NCBI GenBank assembly: GCA_031385045.1
Contig: JANNBC010000046.1
Span: forward strand, 1 to 60,534
Direction: 5' to 3'
DNA from: a bacterium
Lineage (GTDB): Bacteria > Bdellovibrionota_C > UBA2361 > CALJRW01
DNA: 60,534 nucleotides
The position numbers and the translations under genes are program-made. Numbering within the stretch: position 1 is the first letter of the stretch; each line of letters starts with the position of its first letter. Shown here one piece after another: positions 48,721 through 60,094 of this stretch. The notes below the pieces were generated by a model. That model was not told the origin of the DNA, searched no databases, and saw nothing but the letters and a program-made list of their open reading frames with translations.

Positions 48721-51003
48721 TTAATTTGTTGCAACGATAGTTAAATTTGCTTGGTTAGAGATTCCAACCTGAAAAAAACCTTGTAATCCAGAAGCAATAA
48801 AATCGTCTTCATCATATTCACCTAATGCTAAATTTTCCATTACTTCTAAAGTATAATCATCTACTGGAAATTTGTGATGAATTTCCGGGTTAAGCCAGCT
48901 GGAATTTCCTTGCGTAAATGGAAAACTATTCCAAGGGGGATTGTAACGATGCATAAAGGCCAAACTCGGAACTGCCGAAGGTGTAGTGTTGTTTTTATTA
49001 GTTTCAAAGATCGCACGTAAATTTCGAACTAGGGACTCAAAGCCTGCTGAATTATAGGCACCAATGATGTCATGATTGGTGATTTCGCCCTTAGATTTTC
49101 TAAAAGCTGTTGCTGGGTCGGTATTAAATTTCCAGCGATTGTAAGCATCAAAAATACCAGTAATTTCTTCTGTTAAAGACATAATCTGATCACGATATTC
49201 TTTAGCTTCAAATCGACCATCATTAACGCCATTAATTTTACGTGCCAAAATTGGAGTAAAGTCTTCTAGATCAACATCAGAAAATGGGCGATCAAAAAAT
49301 TTACTAGAGTAGAAGGCTGGATGATTCATATTATCACGACCAAAAATTAAGGATGAATTTCGAATCAATAAAGTTCCCAGCTGTGGATCGGAAATCATCA
49401 TATAACCTTGAGCTAAGAAAAATCGAGTTTCGGTATTAAATGGCAAAAAGTTTTCTGCTGTGAGGCGACGACTCAAGAAATTCATATTTTGTTTGGCGGG
49501 GGTAATTCTGAAACATGCTCCAAATGTTTTTTCATCTTCACTTGATTGCTTGATTCTTTTAAAACCAAATTCTTCTAGTAGGGAGGGAAGCCTTTTCCCG
49601 CTTTCTGGATTGACTGGCTGAAGCGCATCAAATCTCCAGTTTAGAAAGGCATAAGTTAACTGGCCAATTCTTTGCCAATTTGAAATTGTTTGCCAGCCAC
49701 CTTCAGTCATTTTAATTGTGGCAACGTCATAATCAACATAGCGATAGGGACTTGTAATCACACGAGTTAAATAGCTAGCCTCCGTTAGATCAAAATTCTC
49801 CAGTAACTCTGGATGTGCCAGCAATAATAGAAATTCAGCTTCGTTCTGATGATAATCAGGTGAGAATAATTGTTTGTTATCTTCAAAGAGCCAGTCGTGA
49901 TATGACTCAACTTCTAGTAATAAATTATTAATATCACTAAGAGAATAATGATTAACAATGGCGATTGCTAATTTAGCAAATGAACGATCGCTGTGAATCT
50001 CAGTTTGGTTGATCATTTCCAAAAAGGACATCAAATAAAGATAGAAGTGCTGAATATTTACTGATTTGCCATATAGTTCACATCCTTCATAGAGAATATC
50101 TTCTCGGATATCTTGATCATAATTTGGAATTAGATTCTGAATTTTAAGTGTTAAAGCCACGACTTCTTCGGCAATTCTATGAAATCCAACTTTCTGATCA
50201 AGCTGATTTTCCGAGATAGTAAAAATCATTCCCTCTGAGCCAATTGGCGGAGTTATCCCGTGACTTAAGATGTCACTAGCTAACATAAAATTATTTTGGA
50301 TAAGTGCAATGCAGAAGGGGTGCTCTCTTCGTGGATACTGCGATCTTGGATCTAATTTTTCAACTAAATAATCCAAGATCACTTTAACACTTTGAACAAT
50401 TGATTTATGAACTCTAACTGGAAAAATTTCCATCACTAAAGTTAAAGGGGTCAGGCCTGTCTCATTTTTATGATTGAAATCAGCATTGAATCTAGCAAGT
50501 GCTTTGAGGGCAGTTAGATTTAATTCTTTAGCGGCTAAATGCACCAAATTAGAGTTAGGATAATGATTAATAATCTCTTTATATACCTGAATATTATCTT
50601 CTAGTTTATCCAGCATAAAGCGATCTTCTACCGTATAAAAATACTGATTGCTTAGACCTACAATAAAAAATTTATCTAGAGTTTTTGGTGGAGCATCATT
50701 GGTAATTAAAAGTTCAAGGACGGATTGCTTGCTACGTGCCTCTGCAAATTTATAAGGGGTATTTAACAGCCACTTAAGTTCTTCGTCAGTAATCTTAGGA
50801 AAGAAATTATTCTGTAGATTCGATAAATGTCTCCCTGCTGAGTGAAAATTCTTATTTTCTAGACAGAGACCAATTTGTTCAACTTCAGTGCTAATTACTC
50901 CTGCTTTGGGATGATGATAGGCAGTAAAAAATTTTTGCGAGAAAGTAGTATCCCGAAGATAATTTGGCGCAGGCGGTTGATGATATTCAGAGTTACTTCT
51001 CAA
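48721..51003 (-). CDS. Ankyrin-repeat-containing hypothetical protein
   Basis: LVHLAAK..LKAL..FNADFNHKNETGLTPL. Confidence 0.65.
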   Translation of the reverse strand: MRSNSEYHQPPAPNYLRDTTFSQKFFTAYHHPKAGVISTEVEQIGLCLENKNFHSAGRHLSNLQNNFFPKITDEELKWLLNTPYKFAEARSKQSVLELLITNDAPPKTLDKFFIVGLSNQYFYTVEDRFMLDKLEDNIQVYKEIINHYPNSNLVHLAAKELNLTALKALARFNADFNHKNETGLTPLTLVMEIFPVRVHKSIVQSVKVILDYLVEKLDPRSQYPRREHPFCIALIQNNFMLASDILSHGITPPIGSEGMIFTISENQLDQKVGFHRIAEEVVALTLKIQNLIPNYDQDIREDILYEGCELYGKSVNIQHFYLYLMSFLEMINQTEIHSDRSFAKLAIAIVNHYSLSDINNLLLEVESYHDWLFEDNKQLFSPDYHQNEAEFLLLLAHPELLENFDLTEASYLTRVITSPYRYVDYDVATIKMTEGGWQTISNWQRIGQLTYAFLNWRFDALQPVNPESGKRLPSLLEEFGFKRIKQSSEDEKTFGACFRITPAKQNMNFLSRRLTAENFLPFNTETRFFLAQGYMMISDPQLGTLLIRNSSLIFGRDNMNHPAFYSSKFFDRPFSDVDLEDFTPILARKINGVNDGRFEAKEYRDQIMSLTEEITGIFDAYNRWKFNTDPATAFRKSKGEITNHDIIGAYNSAGFESLVRNLRAIFETNKNNTTPSAVPSLAFMHRYNPPWNSFPFTQGNSSWLNPEIHHKFPVDDYTLEVMENLALGEYDEDDFIASGLQGFFQVGISNQANLTIVATN

Positions 51004-51112
51004 GGGTTACAACGTAAAAACTAATGCTGAAGTAGTCTAAATAAATTTGCCAGACTAAGCAAAGGAAAAGATTGGGAAATTAATGATTTTCTAAGTGCCA
51101 AGTATCGAAATC

Positions 51113-54100
51113 TTAACCCATCAAAACATGGACCTTTTGCAGATTAGTTAAATTAGCTTGCAATTGAATAAATCCATCTAGAATCACAATCCCATTTAAT
51201 TTAAGTGCGCGGACTCCTCGTTCTACTCTACCCGGATTTTCAACTTCAATCTGATAAGTAGTCCCCTGATAGATGTAAGTAATTTGAAAGCCGGGCCAAT
51301 TTTTGGGGATACAAGGATTAATTGTTAGAACATTACCGGCGATATTAAATCCTAAGAGATGATTTAGTCCTGCTTGATAAAGCCATCCACAAGATCCTGT
51401 ATACCAACTCCAACCACCGCGGCCAACATAGGGTTCTTGACTATAGACATCCCCACAAGTGACATAAGGTTCTGTGCGGTATCTATCTACAGCTTCAGGT
51501 GTAGATGTATGATTAATGGGATTAATCATAGAAAATAACTGATGCGCTTTATCGCCTAGACCTAACTTGGCAGTAGCAATAATTGCCCAAGTTGCCGCGT
51601 GGGTATATTGACCACCATTCTCTCTAATGCCGGGAGGATATGCTTTAATATAACCAGGATCTGTATTTCCAGAATCAAAAGGTGGCAATAGTAAAGGCAT
51701 GAGATTATTGTCATAGTCTACAAGCTTATCTAGTAGTGATTCCATGGCTTGCTTCGCATGTGCAGGAGGAGCCGCCTCAGAAATCACTGCCCAACTTTGA
51801 GAGATTGAATCAATTTTACATTCTTCATTTTGATTACTGCCTAAGGGCGTGCCGTCATCAAAGAATGCTCGTCGATACCACTCTCCGTCCCAACCATGTT
51901 CTTCTAGAGCAAGTTGTAATTGCCGGATTTTATTTTCAAATTCCAAAGTAATAGCAATTTCTTCACGAACTTTTAAGATCGGAATCCAATTTTTAAGAAT
52001 ATCAATTGTAAACCAGGCCAACCAAACACTCTCACCCTTACCTTGATCGCCAACATGATTTAGACCATCATTCCAGTCTCCAGCACCGATTAATGGTAAG
52101 CCATGATCTCCAGAAGTAAAACCTTTTCTAATTGCTAGTAAGCAATGTTGATAGACAGAGTCTGTCTTCTCTGAAATTTTTGGCTCAAAATATGAGCTCA
52201 TTTGTCCTGTATCTAAACTTGGACCTTCCAGATAATTACTCACTTCTTCTAATACTGCATAATCATTAGTGACTGCTAGATACTTAGCAGTGACATAAGG
52301 TAGCCATAAAAAATTATCAGAAATTTTAGAACGAATTCCACGGCCTGTTGGTGGATGCCACCAATGTTGCACATCTCCTTCAATAAATTGTCTAGTCGTT
52401 GCTCTAACAATCAAATCACGAGTGATCTCTGGTTTTGTGTAAATTAAAGCTAGTCCATCCTGTAACTGATCTCTAAAACCATATGCTCCACCACTTTGAT
52501 AAAATCCAGTTCTTCCATAAATTCGCGCTGATAAACATTGATATAGTAACCATGAGTTCATCATAATATCAAAACTTCGATCTGGAGTAGTTACTTGGAT
52601 TTTATTGGTAACATCTTTCCAATATTTTTCTACTTGAACCAGAGAGTCTTCTTTGGAAGAGATTAAACTATGCTGACTAGCTATTTTCCTAGCGGTCACT
52701 AAACTAGGAGCAACGCCCATAAAAAATAGCACTTCCTTTTCTTCTTCTGGTTTTAGTGTGATTGATACTTGTAACGCACCACAAGAGTCTAGCCCCGTTC
52801 CGGTTTTTCCTGATAAATTAATACTCTTACTTAAGACTCCGAACTTAGGAAGTTTACCTTGTTTGCTTTCTAATCCGCTAGTTAATGCGCTTGGACAAGA
52901 GAGATTATTATTGCGTCCAACAAACTCTTGCCGACTAGTAGTGTAGGAATCAATATTTAGATTAGAGCCAAGGTAGACTAATGATTCTGAAAATTCATTA
53001 TTATAAGAATTCTCTACGGTTAGAATCTCATTTTTAGAATCAAAGTTAGTAGAAAGATGAGGTAGACTTTGATGCCTTAGTACACCTAAAACAAATTCTA
53101 CATATAAGTAAATTTCAATTTCACGAGGACGCGTATCCAGATTCTTTAATTTAAGACTCCACCATTTGATACTTTCCTTTGTTGATCCTGAAATAACTAA
53201 AGTACTTTTAATTAGTGATGCTTCAGAATTAAATTGTGAGTACCCCGGATTATGTTCAACTTGGACAGAAGTATTACTACTGACGGGAAGTGAAGTTGGA
53301 CACCAAAAGGCACCATTACTAACATCTCTAATATAAATTACCTCACCTGCTTGATCGGAAACTGGATCATTATTCCATGTAGTTAATCTATTTTCTCGGC
53401 AATTTTCTGACCAAGTATAACCACTTCCAGTTTCTGAAATAGTAAATCCAAAATTAGGATTAGCAATAACATTAATCCATGGAGCTGGCGGAAGAGAGCT
53501 CAAGTTAACATTCATGGAGTATGCTTTACCAGCCTTACTAAATCCACCAATGGCATTAGGGAATTCTAGTTGTGGTAATTTTCTTCGGGCAATTGATTCA
53601 CTGCTAACATTAGAATCTTTAAAGAAATACTTAGGGAGATTTAAATTTATTGGCTCGTTTCCTGTAGTTTTAATTGTCGCTAATTGAGTGGATAAACTGC
53701 CTTTCTCGCCATTTAAAACAACACGGGCAACAGATTGCAGTAATAGGTATTCGGAATCTGAAAGTTGTTTAAGATTTCGCGGAAAAATACCACCTTTCGC
53801 ATTTAAAATATTTAAAGCGTATTTATTATTAAGCAGTTGCTCCAAGCTATTATTTAAATTTTGAAGGTAACCATCAGCATTCTCGTTAAGGATTAATAAA
53901 TCAAAATTGACCGATCTATTAGCTAGATACTTATGGGCGCTTAACAGTTCTTCTACTAATTTTAAATGTAGAGAATCATTGATCCTTACTAGAATAATTG
54001 GCAGATCTCCCGAAATTCCAAATCGCCATAGCCCTGATTGAGTTAACTTATTCTTTGTAATTAATGAGCCAGCTGAACGTAATTTGGGATGTTGAAAGAA

Positions 54101-57100
54101 TAAGGCATTTCCAAGTCGTTGATATAAATGACTATGTCTGATTGATACTTGTTCTGTTCGAAACTCGATATTACTTTTGCTCCAAGCCATTTCAAAAGAA
54201 TGTTTGATACTCCGATGATCCTGATAGCGATTCCCAAGTGCAAGGACATCTTCCTTTGTTCTTCCAATTAAATTAATCACTGTGATCATTTGTGATCGAT
54301 TTGCTTCAACCTCAATAGTAGTTCTTAACGAGGCAATTGGATCTAAGACTTGCCCAACTGTATTCCCTAAACTTTTTGCCTGATCAAAAATGATTGGATT
54401 ATTAATGCTTCGGCCTCGACCAATAAAGGCTTCGCGCGAAGTCTCATATTCAATTGGTGTCCAAACCATATTGATGCTTAACATATGAAGCATGTATAAA
54501 TCCGGCTCGCTTTGCGAATGCTTCCGCCTTCTAAAGATTAATGCTCCTAGATCTGTCTCAAATTCACTCTCCAGAAATATTTTAGAATATGCCTGATGGA
54601 CCTCATCAGCATTAATCTTGTTTAAAACAATTTCAGAAAAAGTTGTTAATTGTAATGTTCTAGTTCGATTAGTTGTATTAGTAATAGTAATTCGGCGAAG
54701 CTCGGAATGATCTTCTGGTGAAACGGTAATATCCGTTTGAATTATAATCCCAAAATCTTTTCTCTTAAATTCAATTTTTTCAGCATTAAAAATTACCTCA
54801 TAAAAATCAGGCTCAACTTTTGTTGGCTGATAAGTAATTGACCAAATTTTATTACTATCTAAATCTTTGATAAAAATATAAGTGCCATGAGCATTCTCTA
54901 GTGCATCTTCTTTCCACCGAGTAAGTGCAAATTGATCTGGTAGATAACTATAGCCACTACCAGCATTATCAATCATCAGATTATAGTAGCCATTAGAGAT
55001 TACCCGTGTTCGTGGCAGTGGTGTATGAGGAGTTCTAATAATCTCACTCCAATCTTCTTGCGGAAAGCGTTCCTCTTGAAATAATTCATGCTCTTCGGCT
55101 TTATGTGGAATTGTAATTGGGCTGCGATCTGGAAATTTTTCTTGCAGTAAAAGTTCTACTGATTTAATCAAAGGATCGCGGTGGAACCTTTTTTGCATGA
55201 TATTATTATGTAGCAGATTATTGATTGCGAGTAGGCTCATCCCTTGGTGGTGAGCCATGAAGGATTGAATAATATGTCCAGTTTCATTCTGATTGAGGCG
55301 TTCTTTGGTATAATCAATTGCTTCGAAAAATCCATATTTCCCTTTTAGTCCTAAGGATTCTAAACGTTCTAGATTAATTAGTGCTTCTCGTGGATCTACC
55401 TGCAGCGCTAGGAAAGTGGAGTAGGGAGAAATAACTAAATCGTCAGATAACCCTCGCTTTAGTCCCGTACCAGCAACACCAAAGGCTCGATATTGATATG
55501 TATGTTCAAAATCAACCTTAGCATATGCTGATTCAGAAATGCCCCAGGGGATACCAAGACTTGCTGTATATTTACGTTGTGTTTTAACTACTACTTTATA
55601 TGACTCATGAAGCAGTGTATTAGGAAAATCTTTGGTCAGCAGTAGCGGCATTAAGTATTCAAAGATTGTTCCACTCCAAGAGAGTAAGGTTTTGCCAGAA
55701 GTTGTTTTTGTAAGTGGACGTCCGAGGCTAAACCAATGTTCTTGAGGGATATCTTGCTTAGCAATTGCTACTAATGAGGCTAATCGGGATTCTGAGGCTA
55801 GCAAATCATAATAAGAATTATCATAACGAGCAGAGCTGACATCATAACCAATATAAAAAAGTTTTTTTCGGCTATTATATAAAAACTCAAAATGAATCTC
55901 GTTAATTAGTTTCGTGCAAAGATCTTGTAAGAAGTTTAATTCATGCCGTTGGATTTCATGTTCTTCTAAATTAGACCCTAATTCCTTGGCAAAGTCCTGA
56001 CAGGCACTTTTTAGAGCGATCAAATTTCCTATAAAATTTCCACTATCTACAGTTGAAATGTATTTTGGCTCTAATGGCAAAAGGTTTTTCAGATCATACC
56101 AGTTATAAAAGTGTCCATTATAGCGCTCTAGTTTTCCTAAGGTTTCAAATGATTTGGTGAGTTTTGCAATTGCATCAGGAATACTTAAGAATCCTAAATC
56201 AACTGCTGAGATAATTGCTAAAAAATGCAGACCAATATTAGTCGGGGAAGTTCGATAAGCAATGACACTTTGAGGATAAAATTGGATATTATCAGGAATT
56301 AAATAATTACTATCAGCTGTTACAAGGTCATCAAAAAACTTCCAGGTATCTAGTGCTGTCTGCTTTAGTGAAGCAGTCTGTTTTTTTGTAAGCAAGTATT
56401 TACTTTGACTAGCTTCTTGAGTCGTCCAGAAAATAATTAATGGAGCCAGAATCCAAAGACTAAGGATCGGCAATGCAGAGAGTAAATTAGCGGGCTGAAC
56501 TATAAGAATTAAATAGAATAAAATAATTCCAGCTAAAAAAGATGGTAGTAGGTTTATAAAAATTGCAATCAAATCATTTCGTAGGCGATCTTCTTCTTGC
56601 CTAGCAGTTTCCCAGATTAATAAATTTTTACGGGAAATATATACGCGGTAAAGTGTCACACTGATAGCTTGCAACATAGAAAGTGTTTGGGAGGGAAGAG
56701 TTGCAAACATAATTAGTGCTTGCAGGGAGTTCCTGAGAAACCCTTTGCGCAGTTCTGATAAGTAACCACTGATTGAAATTCCAATTGGTGGAGCAAATAG
56801 AATACTTGCTAAGGGTGCATAAACCGAAAATGCTAGGGTCATCAGAATTAATCCCGTTAGAACTACGGGATTACCAATCGAAGTAAACCAACAAAAGATT
56901 AATAGGGCAAAGCAACTTGGTGCTAGTAAGCTACGTCTTAAATTATCAATTAATTTCCAATGTCCTAGTGGAGATAATGGTGATTTTACTAGATTATTAT
57001 TGGCATCAGGAATTTTTTTAAACATCCAAGGTAGTAATTGCCAATCTCCACGAACCCAACGATATTGCCGACTAGCAAATGTTTTATAAGCTTTTGGAAA

Positions 57101-59461
57101 TTCATCATATAGTTCGACGTCAGTGATTAATCCAACACGTGCAAATAAACCTTCAAAAAGATCATGACTTAAAATAGTATTTTCTGGAACACGATTAGCT
57201 AAAACTTTTTCAAAGACATCAATATTATAAATTCCTTTACCGACAAATGAGCCTTCTGCAAAAAGGTCTTGATAAAGATCGGAAGTTGCCATGGTATAGG
57301 GATCGATGCCACCAACACCGGCAAAAATTTGAGAGAAGCGCGTTGCTAGGCTACTAGTTAAGGAAATATCTACTCGGGGCTGAAGAATTCCATAGCCTTC
57401 AATTACTAAGGTTTGCTCTTTGTTAAACTGGGCAAAGTTTAACGGATGCGCCATAGTGGCGATTAGCTTGGCAGCAGTACCGTGGGGTAGGCTGGTGTCA
57501 GTATCTAAGGTAATAATATACTTAACACTTTGTAAGTTATCTAGGGAGCCAACATTGACAGTGAAGGAAGTTGTCTGATCTCCACGCAAAAGACGATTTA
57601 GCTCCATCACCTTGCCTCGTTTTCGTTCCCATCCCATAAATTTATTTTCTGATGGATTCCAAATTCTAGAACGAGTTAATAGAAAAAATTTAATTCTATC
57701 TGGTGAATAATGATCATTTAGAAACTTAATTTTTGCCTGAGCAAATTTTAATAATTCCAGATCTGTGGAAGTTTGTTGCTCTGGTCCTTCTTGGAAATCT
57801 GCCAGAATTGCAAAATCAATCTGAGCATCAGTATTAGCCAGATATCTAATTTCTAAAAACTCAATTTGGTTGGCAATGCTTTTTTGATTGCCAAGAATAA
57901 CATGAACAACAACAAGAGTTTTAAAGTCTTCCGGCACCGCGTTACTAAAATCAAGCTTTGGTAAAACAAGTGGAGGAAGTAAGTGTGTTAAAAAACAATT
58001 AATGAAATTAATTGCTAGATCACTTGCTGGAATAATGAAAAGAATTGCCAGGATTATTAGTAAACAGAGCTGGATTGAATTTCCGACTAAAGTCGCAATG
58101 CCAAGTAATACAAAACAAATTGTTAATACCATGACGCTAAATTGATAGAGTAGGAAATTTGTATTTTTGGAAAAGATCCTGCCTTTGAGAAACTTAATTC
58201 TTAGTCCCAAACTTTGATTAAATTCACTTGTTCCTTGTCCAATTAAGTAGTAGCCAACATGTTTCTGTTTAAGTGGGTCGATTAGCGGATCTAGTTTAGT
58301 ATCACCCTCAAGCTCATTTTTTAAATTAATGAAATTGATTAATTCTTCAGTAATTTCTAATTCGGGACGTTTTAGAGTTTTTGATAAACCTTCAATACTG
58401 GAGCGATAGCGGTTGCGAGTTTCAAAATCGCAATTAAGATAAATTGAGGCTGGGTCACCACCAAGAACTTTATCTACTAGGGAATTTCGCTCAACCCAGT
58501 TTTTCCAATCTATTGAAAGAATTGATTTTAAAGAAGTAAAGCAATTGCCAATAGATATTTGATTAGCTGCCTTTAAGAACCATTCTTCGCCAAGTAATTC
58601 TTCAACATTCTGCCCTTTCTCAGTCAGCCATTGTTCAAACCAATTTAATGCTAATGATGCCTGTGGACCTGATTCTCGAAGTTGTCGAATTAAGGAAGAA
58701 GAATCTGCTGAGGAAAGCTCTCCCAGTTTTTTAATTGCACCAGCTAATTCTAATAGGATATTAGTGGGACTTCCTTGTCCATTTTGGATAATCTCATCAA
58801 TTACCAACTGCATTTTTATCTCTGCTGCCCGGACAATTAGAATACTAATAGAAAGGCGACGAAGGTTCTCCAGCAGTGCAAGTCGCAGCATAATTGGTAA
58901 GGCCCAGAGCTCACCAATCGTTAGGGGCTGTTTTTCTTGATAGGCATTTACGAATGCTGATAATAAATCAGAATCAACAACAGAATCACTGTGCACAACT
59001 AGGGTAAGAGCGAGAGAATAGATCCGTGGCTTGAGGTTCTTTAGATCTCCAGCAGAATTTTTTAAAACGGGTAATCCTCGATAGTATTTCTTTGGGAGAA
59101 GTTTGCGAATTTCGCGGACATGTTGTTGGATTAAATGGTAGTTATCTAAAAACCATTCGGCTCCAGGAGTAAGTTGAGATTTTTGATTGGCAACATTAGC
59201 AAGCTGATAGTAGGACTCTTCTAAGATTTTGGCATTTTCCTCAAAGCGCGGATAAATATCAGCAATTTGCTTATGAAAGAAAACTACTTGATGCTCATCG
59301 GCCAGCTTTGCGGACAATTGAACAAGTCCATCTTGAGAATAAATATCGGAGCGCAGTGGTTTGTCAGCTCGGTAATTAGTAGATCCATTATTATTGTCAA
59401 ATAAAGGGGTCTCGATAGTAAAGAAATCATCAGGTGTTTTGATATTATTTTTATTCTGCAA
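51113..59461 (-). CDS. ndvB: Cyclic beta-1,2-glucan synthase (GT84 plus GH94 phosphorylase)
   Basis: EWFLDN, GWERKRGK, LSHDLFEG, RWVRGDWQ, YDLLASE, QSGGAYGFRDQLQD, GDWNDG, ENGGQYTH; 2782 aa. Confidence 0.93.
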   Translation of the reverse strand: MQNKNNIKTPDDFFTIETPLFDNNNGSTNYRADKPLRSDIYSQDGLVQLSAKLADEHQVVFFHKQIADIYPRFEENAKILEESYYQLANVANQKSQLTPGAEWFLDNYHLIQQHVREIRKLLPKKYYRGLPVLKNSAGDLKNLKPRIYSLALTLVVHSDSVVDSDLLSAFVNAYQEKQPLTIGELWALPIMLRLALLENLRRLSISILIVRAAEIKMQLVIDEIIQNGQGSPTNILLELAGAIKKLGELSSADSSSLIRQLRESGPQASLALNWFEQWLTEKGQNVEELLGEEWFLKAANQISIGNCFTSLKSILSIDWKNWVERNSLVDKVLGGDPASIYLNCDFETRNRYRSSIEGLSKTLKRPELEITEELINFINLKNELEGDTKLDPLIDPLKQKHVGYYLIGQGTSEFNQSLGLRIKFLKGRIFSKNTNFLLYQFSVMVLTICFVLLGIATLVGNSIQLCLLIILAILFIIPASDLAINFINCFLTHLLPPLVLPKLDFSNAVPEDFKTLVVVHVILGNQKSIANQIEFLEIRYLANTDAQIDFAILADFQEGPEQQTSTDLELLKFAQAKIKFLNDHYSPDRIKFFLLTRSRIWNPSENKFMGWERKRGKVMELNRLLRGDQTTSFTVNVGSLDNLQSVKYIITLDTDTSLPHGTAAKLIATMAHPLNFAQFNKEQTLVIEGYGILQPRVDISLTSSLATRFSQIFAGVGGIDPYTMATSDLYQDLFAEGSFVGKGIYNIDVFEKVLANRVPENTILSHDLFEGLFARVGLITDVELYDEFPKAYKTFASRQYRWVRGDWQLLPWMFKKIPDANNNLVKSPLSPLGHWKLIDNLRRSLLAPSCFALLIFCWFTSIGNPVVLTGLILMTLAFSVYAPLASILFAPPIGISISGYLSELRKGFLRNSLQALIMFATLPSQTLSMLQAISVTLYRVYISRKNLLIWETARQEEDRLRNDLIAIFINLLPSFLAGIILFYLILIVQPANLLSALPILSLWILAPLIIFWTTQEASQSKYLLTKKQTASLKQTALDTWKFFDDLVTADSNYLIPDNIQFYPQSVIAYRTSPTNIGLHFLAIISAVDLGFLSIPDAIAKLTKSFETLGKLERYNGHFYNWYDLKNLLPLEPKYISTVDSGNFIGNLIALKSACQDFAKELGSNLEEHEIQRHELNFLQDLCTKLINEIHFEFLYNSRKKLFYIGYDVSSARYDNSYYDLLASESRLASLVAIAKQDIPQEHWFSLGRPLTKTTSGKTLLSWSGTIFEYLMPLLLTKDFPNTLLHESYKVVVKTQRKYTASLGIPWGISESAYAKVDFEHTYQYRAFGVAGTGLKRGLSDDLVISPYSTFLALQVDPREALINLERLESLGLKGKYGFFEAIDYTKERLNQNETGHIIQSFMAHHQGMSLLAINNLLHNNIMQKRFHRDPLIKSVELLLQEKFPDRSPITIPHKAEEHELFQEERFPQEDWSEIIRTPHTPLPRTRVISNGYYNLMIDNAGSGYSYLPDQFALTRWKEDALENAHGTYIFIKDLDSNKIWSITYQPTKVEPDFYEVIFNAEKIEFKRKDFGIIIQTDITVSPEDHSELRRITITNTTNRTRTLQLTTFSEIVLNKINADEVHQAYSKIFLESEFETDLGALIFRRRKHSQSEPDLYMLHMLSINMVWTPIEYETSREAFIGRGRSINNPIIFDQAKSLGNTVGQVLDPIASLRTTIEVEANRSQMITVINLIGRTKEDVLALGNRYQDHRSIKHSFEMAWSKSNIEFRTEQVSIRHSHLYQRLGNALFFQHPKLRSAGSLITKNKLTQSGLWRFGISGDLPIILVRINDSLHLKLVEELLSAHKYLANRSVNFDLLILNENADGYLQNLNNSLEQLLNNKYALNILNAKGGIFPRNLKQLSDSEYLLLQSVARVVLNGEKGSLSTQLATIKTTGNEPINLNLPKYFFKDSNVSSESIARRKLPQLEFPNAIGGFSKAGKAYSMNVNLSSLPPAPWINVIANPNFGFTISETGSGYTWSENCRENRLTTWNNDPVSDQAGEVIYIRDVSNGAFWCPTSLPVSSNTSVQVEHNPGYSQFNSEASLIKSTLVISGSTKESIKWWSLKLKNLDTRPREIEIYLYVEFVLGVLRHQSLPHLSTNFDSKNEILTVENSYNNEFSESLVYLGSNLNIDSYTTSRQEFVGRNNNLSCPSALTSGLESKQGKLPKFGVLSKSINLSGKTGTGLDSCGALQVSITLKPEEEKEVLFFMGVAPSLVTARKIASQHSLISSKEDSLVQVEKYWKDVTNKIQVTTPDRSFDIMMNSWLLYQCLSARIYGRTGFYQSGGAYGFRDQLQDGLALIYTKPEITRDLIVRATTRQFIEGDVQHWWHPPTGRGIRSKISDNFLWLPYVTAKYLAVTNDYAVLEEVSNYLEGPSLDTGQMSSYFEPKISEKTDSVYQHCLLAIRKGFTSGDHGLPLIGAGDWNDGLNHVGDQGKGESVWLAWFTIDILKNWIPILKVREEIAITLEFENKIRQLQLALEEHGWDGEWYRRAFFDDGTPLGSNQNEECKIDSISQSWAVISEAAPPAHAKQAMESLLDKLVDYDNNLMPLLLPPFDSGNTDPGYIKAYPPGIRENGGQYTHAATWAIIATAKLGLGDKAHQLFSMINPINHTSTPEAVDRYRTEPYVTCGDVYSQEPYVGRGGWSWYTGSCGWLYQAGLNHLLGFNIAGNVLTINPCIPKNWPGFQITYIYQGTTYQIEVENPGRVERGVRALKLNGIVILDGFIQLQANLTNLQKVHVLMG

Positions 59462-60094
59462 TTATATTTCCTCAGCATTTCAACTCGCTCTCTGGTTTAA
59501 AAATCATACTTAGCATCTTTGAATAGACTAGATTTTCAAAAATGCTGAAGATCTCAAGTGGGAAGCACCTAAAATGACGCGATGGAACAAGAATTATGCT
59601 CAAATGTTGGTGTGATGGACGCTTGAGCAAGCAAAGATAAAATTACTAAAATTCCAAAAAAGAGAGTTAGTAGCTTTATGATTGTAGAAGAGAGCATAAA
59701 AATGCCTGATAGAATTGATTCTACCTTAGTAAGCATTTAAAACAACTAATCATTTGAAGGAAATGATCAAATAAACTGAACATCAAATTTATATTTTAAA
59801 CTGGATTACCTAAACTTCGATTGCTCAACAAGATTACTGATAGCATCAGTTGCAATACTAATGACTTAGGTCAATAAATAATATGAGTATTCTAGTCACC
59901 ATTGAGTTTCTAAGTACAGTCCCCTAAGATCCGAGTGACAGACAAAGGGTTATCTAAAAATAATTATAAGGATTTACTGGGATCGCTGGTACTGCTGACC
60001 GCATGGTAAAATTTTTTGTTTTCTTCTTTATATTATAAATAGTAATTCACAAAGATTTAACAAAATTAAATTTAACTTTAATTGGGGTAAAATT

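Noticed and set aside
1160..59478. Short ORFs antisense to or nested in long genes (e.g. 4414-4704, 5785-6135, 38234-38587, 51736-52946)
   Set aside because: They are shadows of well-supported genes or of the repeat element and have no motifs.
59462..60094. ncRNA, riboswitch or gene remnant in the long ndvB-csbD spacer
   Set aside because: No recognisable motif or convincing stem found.
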